From Sphingomonas sp. (lineage in GTDB: Bacteria > Pseudomonadota > Alphaproteobacteria > Sphingomonadales > Sphingomonadaceae): 43,433 nt of DNA. Below, in pieces: positions 9,939 to 19,498 of the stretch. The stretch spans positions 1 to 43,433 of the forward strand of contig JBELMF010000001.1 in NCBI GenBank assembly GCA_042096015.1, given 5' to 3'. A model generated the notes under the pieces. It worked only from the letters and a program-made list of their open reading frames with translations, was not told the DNA's origin and made no database searches. Position 1 is the first letter of the stretch; each line of letters starts with the position of its first letter. Position numbers and translations under genes: made by a program.

Positions 9939-10331
9939 CTAAGGTCGCGCTCGCTCCGAAAGGACGCGTTCGATGCAGTCGATCAGCTCCGACGGATCGA
10001 AGGGCTTACGCATGAAGCAGCGCACGCCCTCCTCCCTCGCCTGACGCTCGACGTCCGCGCTGGGGAAGGCCGTGATGAGTATCACCGGCATCCGCCGCTC
10101 ACGAAGGAGACGCGCGAGCTCCAGACCGCTCGTGCCCGGCATCTGCACGTCGCTGATGACCAGCTCAAACGGCATATCAAGGTGCGGAATGAATTCGTCC
10201 GCGGAGGAGAAGGTGCGTCCGGCGAGGCCCATGCTGTCCACGAGGCTGAAAAGCGCCGCCGCCACGTCCTCGTCGTCATCGACGATCGCGATCAAGGAGG
10301 GATCCGAGTAGGTCGCGCTCAGTTCAACCAA
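9939..10331 (-). CDS. Single-domain response regulator (receiver only)
   Basis: IVDDD, ISDVQMPGTSG, ITAFP, RKPF. 130 aa with no output domain. Confidence 0.9.
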   Translation of the reverse strand: MVELSATYSDPSLIAIVDDDEDVAAALFSLVDSMGLAGRTFSSADEFIPHLDMPFELVISDVQMPGTSGLELARLLRERRMPVILITAFPSADVERQAREEGVRCFMRKPFDPSELIDCIERVLSERARP

Positions 10332-10449
10332 CGGATGGTCCTCTCAAAGCATCGACCATCCCGTGGCGGATCGACCTGGTTGAACAACACGCCGTCGGGC
10401 ATACCCGACGACAAATCAGACCCTAGACCGTCGTGCCGCCCCACCCGAC

Positions 10450-10465
10450 CTATACCGTGGTATTG
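10450..10465. promoter_or_regulatory. Palindromic operator candidate CTATAC-CGTG-GTATTG
   Basis: Motif copy upstream of the single-domain receiver/TrxB unit. Confidence 0.55.
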
Positions 10466-10579
10466 GTTGGCGGGACAATCGGCGTGCGGGTACGGTAACA
10501 ATACGCCGTGGACCAAGCCTTCGGCGTGGTGACGGACCAGCAATCCCCCGCGTGGCAGGCGCCGAACCGTGGCCCATTT

Positions 10580-11794
10580 CTAGCCGGCCCGTCCGGGCGG
10601 CCTCATCAGGAGGAGCAACGGCAGGACGCTCAGCGCCAGACCAGTCCAAGCGACCGCGTTCCAGCCCCAATTCGACCAGAGCACCGGAGTGAGGAACGAG
10701 AGGGCACCGCCCCCAAGGAATGTCCCGGCCGAGTAGACCGCGTTCAGCCGCATGCGGATCTCAGGCGCTAGTCCATATAGCGCCGTCCTCAGCGTCACGT
10801 CCGTCCCGATCGCACCCACGCCGACCAGCACCATGCCCGTCAAGACGCCGACATAGCTCCGTGGCAGCAGAAGGAGCGCAAGCCAGCCCATCGCGGCGAC
10901 GACGAACGAGACGCGAACGGCCCGATCCGCCTCCAGCCTGTCCGCGAGCCGCCCCAGCCAGGGCGCTGCAAGCGCGGCGGTGACCGCCACCAGTGCCAGC
11001 ATCCCGATGGCGCGTGTGTCCAGCCCGAAGGGCGGCTGCTGCAGATGCAGGGTCAGCCCCACCCACAGCGCGTTGAAGCCACCGAAGCTCAACGCCTGGA
11101 GCAGCGTCGCCCGCCGGAGCTCCGGCTGACGACGCACCAGATCGACGAGGGATCGGAGGAGCACGCCATATCGCTCCTGCCGAAGACCGGGGGTCGCCGG
11201 CATGACGCGCGCCATGACACCTGCCATGGCGAAGGTGGCCAGCGCCGCCGCGGCGTAAACGACGCGCCAGCCGACCTCGTGTCCGGCGATCCCGGCCAGC
11301 GAGCGGCCCAGCATGATGCCGGTCAGGATGCCGGTCGCCAGCGCTCCGGTCACCGCGCCGCGCCGCGCGGGCGGGACCAGCCGGGTCGCAAAGGCCGGGA
11401 GGAGGTAGGTCACTATTCCGCAGACCCCCGCAATTAGGCATGCCGACATGAACAGGGCAGGTCTGCCCGTCACCGCCATGACCGTCATCGAGAGAGCCTG
11501 GGCGGTAAGGAGCAGCCTCACGATCCGCCGGTTGTCGATACGGTCGCCCAGCGGCAGCAGCAGGAGCATGCCGACCGCGATCCCCACCTGCGTCAGCGTC
11601 GGCACGACGCCCGCCATCGATCGCGGCATGCCCAGGTCGTGCCCGATCTCGATCAGCAGCGGCTGGCTGTAGTAGTTGTTCGCGACGCAGACCGCGCAGG
11701 CGATGCCGATCAGCACCAGCGTCAAGCGGCCGAGACGGTCCGCGGGTGGTATCGGCACGGTCACCGCCGGCACTGCCGCTACCGCCGAGCTCAT
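10580..11794 (-). CDS. MFS transporter
   Basis: About 12 hydrophobic segments, VANNYYSQPLL, LPLGDRIDNRR and GRLADR loop motifs. Overlaps the upstream stop (ATGA). Confidence 0.9.
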   Translation of the reverse strand: MSSAVAAVPAVTVPIPPADRLGRLTLVLIGIACAVCVANNYYSQPLLIEIGHDLGMPRSMAGVVPTLTQVGIAVGMLLLLPLGDRIDNRRIVRLLLTAQALSMTVMAVTGRPALFMSACLIAGVCGIVTYLLPAFATRLVPPARRGAVTGALATGILTGIMLGRSLAGIAGHEVGWRVVYAAAALATFAMAGVMARVMPATPGLRQERYGVLLRSLVDLVRRQPELRRATLLQALSFGGFNALWVGLTLHLQQPPFGLDTRAIGMLALVAVTAALAAPWLGRLADRLEADRAVRVSFVVAAMGWLALLLLPRSYVGVLTGMVLVGVGAIGTDVTLRTALYGLAPEIRMRLNAVYSAGTFLGGGALSFLTPVLWSNWGWNAVAWTGLALSVLPLLLLMRPPGRAG

Positions 11795-12672
11795 GCCGCC
11801 GTCCCCAACTCGATCGGGGTGACCAGCGGCGCGTAGCTGCTGGCCCGGGTGACGTCGACCATGGGGTTGGAGATGGCGTCATGGGCGAGCCCGACGATGC
11901 GACCCCCCTGGATCAGCGCCGGAACGTCGTGGCTCGGCAGCAGGAACCGGCTGGTCGCAAGCGCCTTCTTGATCGCCCGCTTCTCCTCCAGCGTGCTCAT
12001 CGCGCGGTTCGCCGTGATCGTCGGCTCGTGCGCCGCCTGGTCGAGGATCGGCTCGATGATCTGGTCCTGGAGGTTGTAGGCGATGTCGCCGCTGATGTTG
12101 GCGATGCCCTCGTCCGTCTCGACCAGCACGGAGATGGAGCCCGGCGTGTGGCCGCCCGACAGGCGCACCGCCACCCCCGGGATGACCTCCTCCTCGTAGG
12201 TGCCGTCCACGTCGAACAGGCGCAGGCTGCCCCGCGAGTGCAGGCGGTCGATCATGTGCTTGGTGTCCAGCGCGGTGAACATGCCGGGGCCCATGATCCC
12301 CGACACCATGAACTGAAGCTCCTGGCGCGACATGCTCACCTGCGTGGTGAGCGGAAAGGTGTGGTCCTGGCCGACATGGTCGAGGTGGCCGTGCGTATGC
12401 ACGATGTGCCGTATGTCCGAGCGCCTGAGCCCATGCACCGCGAGGTGATGATCGATGGTCATCTCCTCGGTCACCTCATAGGGCAGGCCGAACGCTTCGT
12501 ACTGCTCCAAGCTGCGCGAACCGGTATCGACGAGGATCGGCTCCGTGCCACCGAGGATGAGGAAGCCGAGCACGGGTATCGTCACCTGCACGCCGGGGTT
12601 GCGGAAGAGCACGAGGCCGCTCGCGTCGAGCGACATGTTGCCGAGGTTGATCGGATGTATCCTGAGGGACAT
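11791..12672 (-). CDS. Metallo-beta-lactamase-fold hydrolase, N-acyl homoserine lactonase-like
   Basis: LVDTG, HTHGHLDH (HxHxDH), GGHTPG, SGD, PSHD. Confidence 0.82.
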   Translation of the reverse strand: MSLRIHPINLGNMSLDASGLVLFRNPGVQVTIPVLGFLILGGTEPILVDTGSRSLEQYEAFGLPYEVTEEMTIDHHLAVHGLRRSDIRHIVHTHGHLDHVGQDHTFPLTTQVSMSRQELQFMVSGIMGPGMFTALDTKHMIDRLHSRGSLRLFDVDGTYEEEVIPGVAVRLSGGHTPGSISVLVETDEGIANISGDIAYNLQDQIIEPILDQAAHEPTITANRAMSTLEEKRAIKKALATSRFLLPSHDVPALIQGGRIVGLAHDAISNPMVDVTRASSYAPLVTPIELGTAA

Positions 12673-12828
12673 CGTCTAACTCCTTCTCGGGCTCCCGCTC
12701 AGCGGGTGAAAGCCAATCGCATGCGCAGGTCGAACGCGACCGCGCGCACCAGCAGCGGATCGACACCGATCCAGTCCATTGCCACGGCCTCGGCCGCGAG
12801 GAGCAGACGGACGATGGCGGGTGGACAG

Positions 12829-12844
12829 CCATACGATCGTGTGG
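12829..12844. promoter_or_regulatory. Palindromic operator candidate CCATAC-GATC-GTGTGG
   Basis: Motif copy upstream of the lactonase-MFS pair. Confidence 0.55.
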
Positions 12845-12887
12845 ATGCAGCGGAGCGGCGGATCTTGCCTCGAAGCAGGCGCATCGT

Positions 12888-13436
12888 TCAGGCCGCCTGC
12901 GCCGGAACTTCGATCGTCGGGAAGTCGACGTCGGTCCGAACCACGTTGTTGATGAGGTTCGTGAAGAAGTTCTCGGCGACCACCGCTACGATCTCGACAA
13001 TGCGCGCGTCGTTGAAGCCGGCGGCCCGGATCTCCTCCAGATCGGCATCAGTCAACTTCCCGCGGGCCTGCGCCACCTTCCGTGCGAACGCCACTGCGGC
13101 GGCGGCCTTCGGGTCCTGCGAGCCCCCTGTCCTCGCCAGGGCGATCTCGGCGGGGCTGAGGTGCGCGAAGTTGTACCCGGTGTAGCTGTGCGCCGCGTCG
13201 CAGTATTCGCAGCCATTCACCGCGGCGACCGCGAGCGCGATGCGCTCGCGCGTCTTCAGGTCGAGGGTGCGGCCCAGCGCCTGCCCCATCGCGCCGTGCG
13301 CGGAGAGCACGGCCGGGCTGGTCGAGATCGCACGGAAGAAGTTGGGGACCCGGCCGAGTTGCGCGTTCACCGCGTCGAGGATCGGCTTGGCGGTTTCAGG
13401 CGCCTCGTCGCGGGTCGGAATGGTTATGCGGGACAT
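12888..13436 (-). CDS. AhpD-like/carboxymuconolactone decarboxylase family peroxidase-related protein
   Basis: Start MSRITIP at 13436 (AAGGAG RBS). Motifs LGRVPNFF, RERIALAVAAVNGCEYC..AH, TDVDFP. Confidence 0.88.
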   Translation of the reverse strand: MSRITIPTRDEAPETAKPILDAVNAQLGRVPNFFRAISTSPAVLSAHGAMGQALGRTLDLKTRERIALAVAAVNGCEYCDAAHSYTGYNFAHLSPAEIALARTGGSQDPKAAAAVAFARKVAQARGKLTDADLEEIRAAGFNDARIVEIVAVVAENFFTNLINNVVRTDVDFPTIEVPAQAA

Positions 13437-13553
13437 GGTGATCTCCTTGCTCCTGGGACACGTTCGGTCCCGACGGGGCCGGAGATACGTCTTGCCGCGC
13501 CAAGCAATAAGCCGGCACTTTCGCAATGCGGCTTTCCGGAATATGAGAAGGTG

Positions 13554-14495
13554 ATGGATCGCCTGGAAGCCATGTCGCTGCTCGTGGAGACGGTCGAATG
13601 CGGCAGCATGTCGGCCGCCGGACGCAAGCTCGGCGTCCCGGTGCCCACCCTCAGCCGCAAGCTGTCCGATCTGGAGGCGCATTTGAGAGTCCGTCTGCTC
13701 ACGCGCTCCACGCGGCGGCTGGAGCTGACCGACGCGGGCGCTGCCTACCTCGCGGCGAGCCGGATCATCCTCGAGCAGGTTGGCGAGGCGGAACGGGAGG
13801 TCACCGGCGAGTATCTCGTTCCCCGCGGCGAACTCCTGCTGACTGCACCCCTGTCGTTCGGGCGACGGCACGTCCTCCCCGTGGCGAACGAGTTCCTCGC
13901 CCAGCACCCAGACATCACCCTGCGGCTTGCGCTGTCCGACGAGCACATGGATCTGGTCGGACAGCGCGTGGATCTGGCGGTCAGGATCGGCGGGCTTTCC
14001 GACAGCCAACTGGTTGCGCGGCGCGTCGGTGCGATGCCATGGGCCGTCGTCGCCAGCCCCGCCTTCCTCGCGGCGCACGGCGAGCCGAAGACGCCGGACG
14101 ATCTAGCGAAGCTGCCCTGCGTCGGGATCGACTTCATCAATCTGTCGGCGTGGTGGCGGTTCCGCGTCCCGGGTGCCGGCGCCAACCACAACGTGCCGGT
14201 CCGATGCAGGCTCGTCGTTTCGAACGGCGAGAGCGCGGTCGACGCGGCCGTGGCCGGCGTGGGACTGACGCAGATCCTGCTCTACCAGGCGGCCTCGGAA
14301 ATCGCCGCGGGCCGCCTCAAGGTGGTGCTGCGGGACTATGAGGCAGCGCCCCTGCCCGTTTCGATCGTGTACACGGGGAGGGGCAAGATGCCGCTCAAGA
14401 CGCGCAGCTTCCTCGACTTTGCCGCGCCGCGGCTGAAGCGTTCCATCGACATGCTCGACCGCGATCTCGGGCTCGCCGTCTTTCAGGAAGCGTGA
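13554..14495 (+). CDS. LysR family regulator (CrgA/DmlR-like)
   Basis: MDRLEAMSLL..GSMSAAGRKLG..LEAHLRVRLLTRSTRRLELT. Divergent from the AhpD-like gene. Confidence 0.92.
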   Translation: MDRLEAMSLLVETVECGSMSAAGRKLGVPVPTLSRKLSDLEAHLRVRLLTRSTRRLELTDAGAAYLAASRIILEQVGEAEREVTGEYLVPRGELLLTAPLSFGRRHVLPVANEFLAQHPDITLRLALSDEHMDLVGQRVDLAVRIGGLSDSQLVARRVGAMPWAVVASPAFLAAHGEPKTPDDLAKLPCVGIDFINLSAWWRFRVPGAGANHNVPVRCRLVVSNGESAVDAAVAGVGLTQILLYQAASEIAAGRLKVVLRDYEAAPLPVSIVYTGRGKMPLKTRSFLDFAAPRLKRSIDMLDRDLGLAVFQEA

Positions 14496-14501
14496 CGCGC
14501 C

Positions 14502-15342
14502 TCAGTCGGCGTCGGTGCGGGCGGCCGTCTCCGCCTGCGCCTCGACCTCGGCCAGCCGCTTGGCCAGCGTGGCGGCGAGGATGCGGTGGGCGTCGCTGCC
14601 CAGCACGAGCCGGAGCGGCGCCGGCGCCACCGCCACGCTGTCGATGATCGCCTGCGCCATCCGCGCGGGATCGCCCGGCGGCTGGGCCGCCGGATTTGCG
14701 AGGAACTCGCGCAGGCGGCCGATCGACGTGTCCGCATAGGCCGCGACGTTGGCGCCCGCACGCTCGCCGGCCGCACTCCTGAAGCCGGTGCGGGCGCCGC
14801 CCGGCTCCACGATGGTCACGCCGATACCGAACCCGGCGACCTCCTGCGCGAGCGAGTCGAAGAAGCCCTCCAGCCCCCACTTGCTGGCATGGTAAAGCGA
14901 CGCGCCGGGATGCGTCGCCTGCCCACCATAGGAGGAGATCGCGACCAGCCGACCGCCGCCCTGCTCGCGCAGGCGGGGGAGTACCGCACGGGTCAGCTCG
15001 ATCGGCCCGACAAGGTTGGTGTCGATCTGATGGCGGATCTGATCGCTCGAGAGCCCCTCGACGGCACCGAACAGCCCGTAGCCGGCGTTGTTCACGACGA
15101 CGTCGATGCGCCCGAACCGTTCAAATGCCGCGTCGATCACGGCAGGGATCGCGCCACCATCGGTCATGTCCAGCTCGCCGATCCAGAGCGTTTCTGGAAA
15201 CCGTGACGCGAGATCCTCCACCGGATCACGGCGTCGAACCGTGCCGGCCACCCGGTCGCCCCGTGTGAGGAGCGTTTCGGCCAAAGCGCGGCCAAGTCCG
15301 CTACTGATGCCAGTTGATGCCAGTGACGAGCCAGGTCTGCAT
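14502..15342 (-). pseudogene. SDR oxidoreductase frameshifted by a 10-bp tandem duplication
   Basis: GGAGG + ATG 15342 gives MQTWLVTGI. TGATGCCAGT is duplicated at 15305-15324. The downstream frame has TGISSGLG, NNAG and YHASK. Confidence 0.85.
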
Positions 15343-15447
15343 AGTTCCTCCGAAAATCGTTCATGCGGCGGCGGGCCCGACACGCCGGACCAAGCGTCCG
15401 GACCAGGTCTCGTGCCGACAGCGCCACCGGCGCCGCCGGCACCGAAC

Positions 15448-16461
15448 TCAGAAGCCTTCCAGGACCGTCTTGCCGATCGCCGTCCCGCTCTCCACGATGC
15501 CGTGCACCGCCCTGAGGTTCTCGGCGTTGATCGGTGACAGCGTGCGGGTCAGGGTCGTGCGCAGCACGCCGACGTCCACGAGGTGCGACACCTCCTCCAG
15601 CAGCTTGTGCTGCTCGATCATGTCCGGCGTGGCGTACATCGGACGGGTGAACATCAGCTCCCAGGCGACGGTGATCGCCTTGCGCTTCAGCGGCACGATG
15701 TCGAGGCTCTTGGGATCATCGATCAGGGCGATATGGCCCTGCGGCGCAACGATCTTCGGGAAGAGCGGCAGGTAGCGCTCGCTGGCGGTCAGGCCGGCGA
15801 CATAGTCCACCTCCGGATGACCAATGCGGGCGAGTTCCTCATCGATCGGCTTGTGGTGATCGATCACGTGATGCGCGCCCATCTTCGTCACCCACTCGAT
15901 CGTCTCCGGGCGGGAAGCGGTGGCGATCACGGTGAGGCCGGTCAGGCGCCGGGCGAGCTGGATCAGGATCGAGCCGACGCCGCCAGCGCCGTTGATGACC
16001 AGCAGCGAGCCCGCGGCGCGCTTGCTGCCGTACGGTGCGCGGAGCCGATCGAAAAGCAGCTCCCACGCCGTGATCGCCGTCAGCGGCAGCGCCGCAGCCT
16101 CGGCCCAGTTCAACGAGCTCGGCTTGTGCCCGACGATGCGCTCGTCCACCGCATGCAGCTCGGCATTGGTCCCCTGCCGAGTCAGGTCGCCGGCGTAGAA
16201 CACCTCGTCGCCGACCTTGAACAGCGTTACGTCCGGCCCGACCGCCTCGACCACACCCGCCGCGTCGAAGCCGAGGATGCGCGGCGTCCCGTCCGTTCGC
16301 GCGCTCGATCCGCGCACCTTCACGTCAACGGGGTTCACCGAAACGGCCTTCACCCGCACGAGGAGATCCCGCGCGCCCGGCCGGGGGGCGTCGACGTCAA
16401 GGTCGAGCAGGGCATCTGGGCGTTCGATCGCGCCAGCTTCGTTATAGCCGACAGCCTTCAT
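15448..16461 (-). CDS. Zinc-binding alcohol dehydrogenase-like (MDR/quinone-reductase type) oxidoreductase
   Basis: Start MKAVGY at 16461. Motifs AVSVNPVDVK, LGFDAAG, LPLTAITAWE, GAGGVGS, WELMFTR. Confidence 0.9.
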   Translation of the reverse strand: MKAVGYNEAGAIERPDALLDLDVDAPRPGARDLLVRVKAVSVNPVDVKVRGSSARTDGTPRILGFDAAGVVEAVGPDVTLFKVGDEVFYAGDLTRQGTNAELHAVDERIVGHKPSSLNWAEAAALPLTAITAWELLFDRLRAPYGSKRAAGSLLVINGAGGVGSILIQLARRLTGLTVIATASRPETIEWVTKMGAHHVIDHHKPIDEELARIGHPEVDYVAGLTASERYLPLFPKIVAPQGHIALIDDPKSLDIVPLKRKAITVAWELMFTRPMYATPDMIEQHKLLEEVSHLVDVGVLRTTLTRTLSPINAENLRAVHGIVESGTAIGKTVLEGF

Positions 16462-16889
16462 CAGTGCATCTCCATCATCGTGGTCGATCCGGCAGATCGG
16501 CTCTCCGGAAGGCGCTCGCCACGGCCAAGATCGAACGGCCGTCGTGCATTTTCGCATGGAGCGGGGCCGACGCTCTCGATCAGGACCTCCAATTGCTCCT
16601 CGGTGAAGCCCGCGCGCAGGAACGCGCCAACCTCGATAGCCGGCATCCCCCAGCCGCAGCGAAGCGCCACGCCCGCGGTCCTGCGCAGCGTCTCCGGACC
16701 GACCTGACTGGCGTCGCCGATCTCGCCCCCCATCATCCCGAGCAGCGCCCGGCCAAATGGCGAAAGCGACAACGGCACGGATCCGGGCCTCGCTCCCAAC
16801 GCGATCACCAGCCACTCGAGCGGGCTGAAGACCCGATCCCGGTGAGGACAGGAGATGTCGGCGAAGTGCGGATCGACGTGGCTCAGCAT
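16461..16889 (-). CDS. Hypothetical protein
   Basis: ORF 16461..16958, likely start ATG 16889 (GGAG upstream). Its stop overlaps the MDR start (TGATG). Contains FSPLEWLVIALG and FLRAGFTEEQL. Confidence 0.6.
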   Translation of the reverse strand: MLSHVDPHFADISCPHRDRVFSPLEWLVIALGARPGSVPLSLSPFGRALLGMMGGEIGDASQVGPETLRRTAGVALRCGWGMPAIEVGAFLRAGFTEEQLEVLIESVGPAPCENARRPFDLGRGERLPESRSAGSTTMMEMH

Positions 16890-16978
16890 GGCCGTGCTCC
16901 GATGAACGACCGTCATGCGGCCGCGATCATCGTGTCCACCGCCGCGGCATCGCACCATCGTACGCAGGACGGGCCGTT

Positions 16979-16994
16979 GCCTACGGAAGTATGG
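16979..16994. promoter_or_regulatory. Palindromic operator candidate GCCTAC-GGAA-GTATGG
   Basis: Motif copy upstream of the hypothetical-MDR-SDR operon. Confidence 0.55.
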
Positions 16995-17002
16995 CCGGCA
17001 GG

Positions 17003-17896
17003 TCAGAGCTCCTGCGGCAGGATCTCCACGAGATGTTCGATCAGCACCCGCAGGCGGCGAAGGCGGCGCAGGTCCTCATGGTAGCCCAGCCACAGCTCCC
17101 GTGGGGGCGGGGCGTCGCCTCCAAGCCGGACGAGGTCGAGACCGTCACCGATCACCCGGGGCAGGACGGCGATGCCGGCGCCCGCAGCGCAGGCGGCGGC
17201 CTGCGCCTCCCGGCTGTTGCTCCTGAACGCGAGCGTCGCCTCCGGCCACAGACCGCGCAGCCAGGCGACGTCGGGCTGCCGCTCCAAGGCGGCGTTAATG
17301 GTGATCAGCTGAAAGCCCTCCCCCGTCGCGCTGCCCCGTGGGTCGCCTCGCGACTCGACGTAGGCAGCGGCCGCGTAGAGCCCGTAAGAGATCGAGACGA
17401 GGCGGCGCTGGACGATGTCCCCACCCTCGAAGCGGGAGAAGCGTATCGCCAGATCCGCCTCACGGCGCTGCAAATCCAGCATCCGGGAGTCCGCGACCAC
17501 TTCGACGGTCAACCCGGGATGCAGGGCAGCCAGGCTTCCGAGAGGCCCGGCGAGCACGCGAGACGAGACCCAGTCCGATGCGGAGATTCGGAGCGCACCC
17601 TCGACATTTCGTGCGCCGCCGGCGAGCTTGCGCTCGAGCACCATCGCCTCCTCCGACATGTGCTCCGCATGCAGCAGCATGGCCTCGCCCTCGTCGGTCA
17701 GGAGAAAGCCGGACGACGTGCGCTGGAACAGGGCCGAACCCACCGCCCCCTCCAAGGCCCGCAGGCGCCGACCTGCCGTCGGCTGGCTGAGCTTCAGGCG
17801 CTGGGCCGCGGCGGTGAGCGTGCCGACCCGCGCGACCTCGAGGAACAGCCTCAGGTCGTCCCAGTTTACCCTGCCGCCGGAGAGCCTGCCCGCCAT
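17003..17896 (-). CDS. LysR family regulator
   Basis: NWDDLRLFLEVARVGTLTAAAQRLKLSQPTAGRRL HTH and DLQRREADLAIR. Probable start ATG 17896. Confidence 0.9.
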   Translation of the reverse strand: MAGRLSGGRVNWDDLRLFLEVARVGTLTAAAQRLKLSQPTAGRRLRALEGAVGSALFQRTSSGFLLTDEGEAMLLHAEHMSEEAMVLERKLAGGARNVEGALRISASDWVSSRVLAGPLGSLAALHPGLTVEVVADSRMLDLQRREADLAIRFSRFEGGDIVQRRLVSISYGLYAAAAYVESRGDPRGSATGEGFQLITINAALERQPDVAWLRGLWPEATLAFRSNSREAQAAACAAGAGIAVLPRVIGDGLDLVRLGGDAPPPRELWLGYHEDLRRLRRLRVLIEHLVEILPQEL

Positions 17897-17898
17897 GC

Positions 17899-17918
17899 TC
17901 CATTCATTCCTGAATGGA
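17899..17918. promoter_or_regulatory. Perfect inverted repeat TCCATTCA-TTCC-TGAATGGA, likely LysR autoregulatory site
   Basis: 8-bp arms immediately upstream of the LysR start codon. Confidence 0.5.
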
Positions 17919-17952
17919 AGAGGCGGCGCAAGAGCTGAAACCGGCGCCGCGT

Positions 17953-17968
17953 GCATACCATGGTGTAG
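17953..17968. promoter_or_regulatory. Palindromic operator candidate GCATAC-CATG-GTGTAG
   Basis: Degenerate motif copy upstream of LysR 17003..17896. Confidence 0.4.
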
Positions 17969-18641
17969 CTTGGCATACCCAAAACCAGCAGCCACGTTCC
18001 TCGGGAAACCGTGGAGACCGACATGAGCGATGTTCCTGGCAGGCAAGGCGACGAGCGCCGGCACCATCTCGACGACCTCCTCGACGAGGCACTGGATGAG
18101 ACCTTCCCATCGAGCGATGCGGTGCAGCTCAGCGCCCGACCGGAAGCGGCGGTGGCAGAGCATCAGTCCGTCGAGTCCGCCCCATAACCGAATCGTTTGG
18201 TGTCGAGCTTGCCAGAGCCGCGCGGCTCCCGACGCGGGCGACCGAGCCATACCCACGGGAGGTGACCCTCGTTCGAACGACAGCCACCTGCACCGCCCTC
18301 CGGATCAGCTCGTCACGCATCACCAAAAGCCATGATAGCGAGGCCATGCCCCTCACACGCGAGGTGCTTCGCCATCGGCGCGGCATGAACAGCGCGCTAC
18401 CCGACCATCGCGGCCGACGCGCCTGGCCTCGCCGATCGCCGCCGGGAGAGAAATCTCCAGTTCGGCCGATGTGGGCGACACCCGTAACCGCCGCGCCGCG
18501 TCCGTGAACCCACGGGAGGGCACCCTGCCCTCCCGCTTATGTCTTCCGCAAAAGGCATCAAACCTCCCTTCCGACCCCCGGCAGATGCCTGGGGACGGGA
18601 AAGGACAAAGCGCCGGCATGCGCCGGCGCCGCCGAGAGATC

Positions 18642-19487
18642 CTATCGGCCCGCGGTGTCCAGCGCCGCGAACTCCTCGTCCGAGAGCGAGATGTCGAGCG
18701 CCCGGGCGTTATCCTCGAGGTGCGCGACCGACGTGGTGCCCGGGATCGGGAGAACGACCGGACTGCGGCGCAGCAGCCAGGCGATGGCGATCTGCCCCGG
18801 GCTGGCGCCGTGGCGCGCGGCGATGCGGTCCAGGAGCGAGCCGGGCTCGGTCAGCCTCCCCGCGGCGAGCGGGAACCAGGGGATGAACCCGATGCCGTTC
18901 GCCTCGCAATGGTCGAGCACCGCCTCGCTGCCGCGATCGGCGAGATTGTACCGGTTCTGCACCGTCGCCACCGGGAACACCGCCTGCGCCGCTTCGATGT
19001 CGTCGATCCCGACCTCGCTGAGGCCGGCGTGCCGGATCACCCCGGCGTCGATCAGCTGCCGGATGGCGGCGAACTGCTCGTCGCGGGGGACGCGCGGGTC
19101 GACGCGGTGCAGCTGCCACAGATCGATGCGCTCCACGCCAAGCGCCTGCCGGCTCCTCTCCGCCTGCGCGATGAGATAGTCGGGATCGCCGCGCGGAAGC
19201 CACTGGTCGGGTCCGGGTCGGGTCAGCCCGGCCTTGGTGGCGATGTGCAGTCCGGGCGGATAGGGAAACAGCGCCTCGCGGATCAGCGGTTCGGATACGT
19301 CGGGGCCGTAGCTGTCCGCCGTGTCGATCAGGGTGATGCCGAGCTCCGGCACACGGCGCAGCGTCGCCAGAGCCGCCTCGCGGTCGCGCGGCGGACCCCA
19401 GATGCCCGGCCCGGCTAGGCGCATTGCGCCATAACCCAGACGCGACACCGACATGTCGCCGCCGATCGAGAAGGTCGTCGAGATCAT
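18642..19487 (-). CDS. Aldo/keto reductase
   Basis: [51 protein letters not shown]. Start ATG 19487 after GAGGAG. Confidence 0.92.
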   Translation of the reverse strand: MISTTFSIGGDMSVSRLGYGAMRLAGPGIWGPPRDREAALATLRRVPELGITLIDTADSYGPDVSEPLIREALFPYPPGLHIATKAGLTRPGPDQWLPRGDPDYLIAQAERSRQALGVERIDLWQLHRVDPRVPRDEQFAAIRQLIDAGVIRHAGLSEVGIDDIEAAQAVFPVATVQNRYNLADRGSEAVLDHCEANGIGFIPWFPLAAGRLTEPGSLLDRIAARHGASPGQIAIAWLLRRSPVVLPIPGTTSVAHLEDNARALDISLSDEEFAALDTAGR

Positions 19488-19498
19488 GGTTTCGCTCC

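Noticed and set aside
12888-14078. 396-aa and 444-aa versions of the AhpD-like and LysR ORFs, suggesting overlapping fusions
   Set aside because: The extensions are read-through into the opposite gene. RBS and family N-termini place the starts at 13436 and 13554.
18030-18619. Short ORFs in the LysR-AKR gap (18030..18335, 18129..18386, 18353..18619)
   Set aside because: No recognisable motifs or convincing RBS, and they are mutually overlapping. They cannot be supported as genes.
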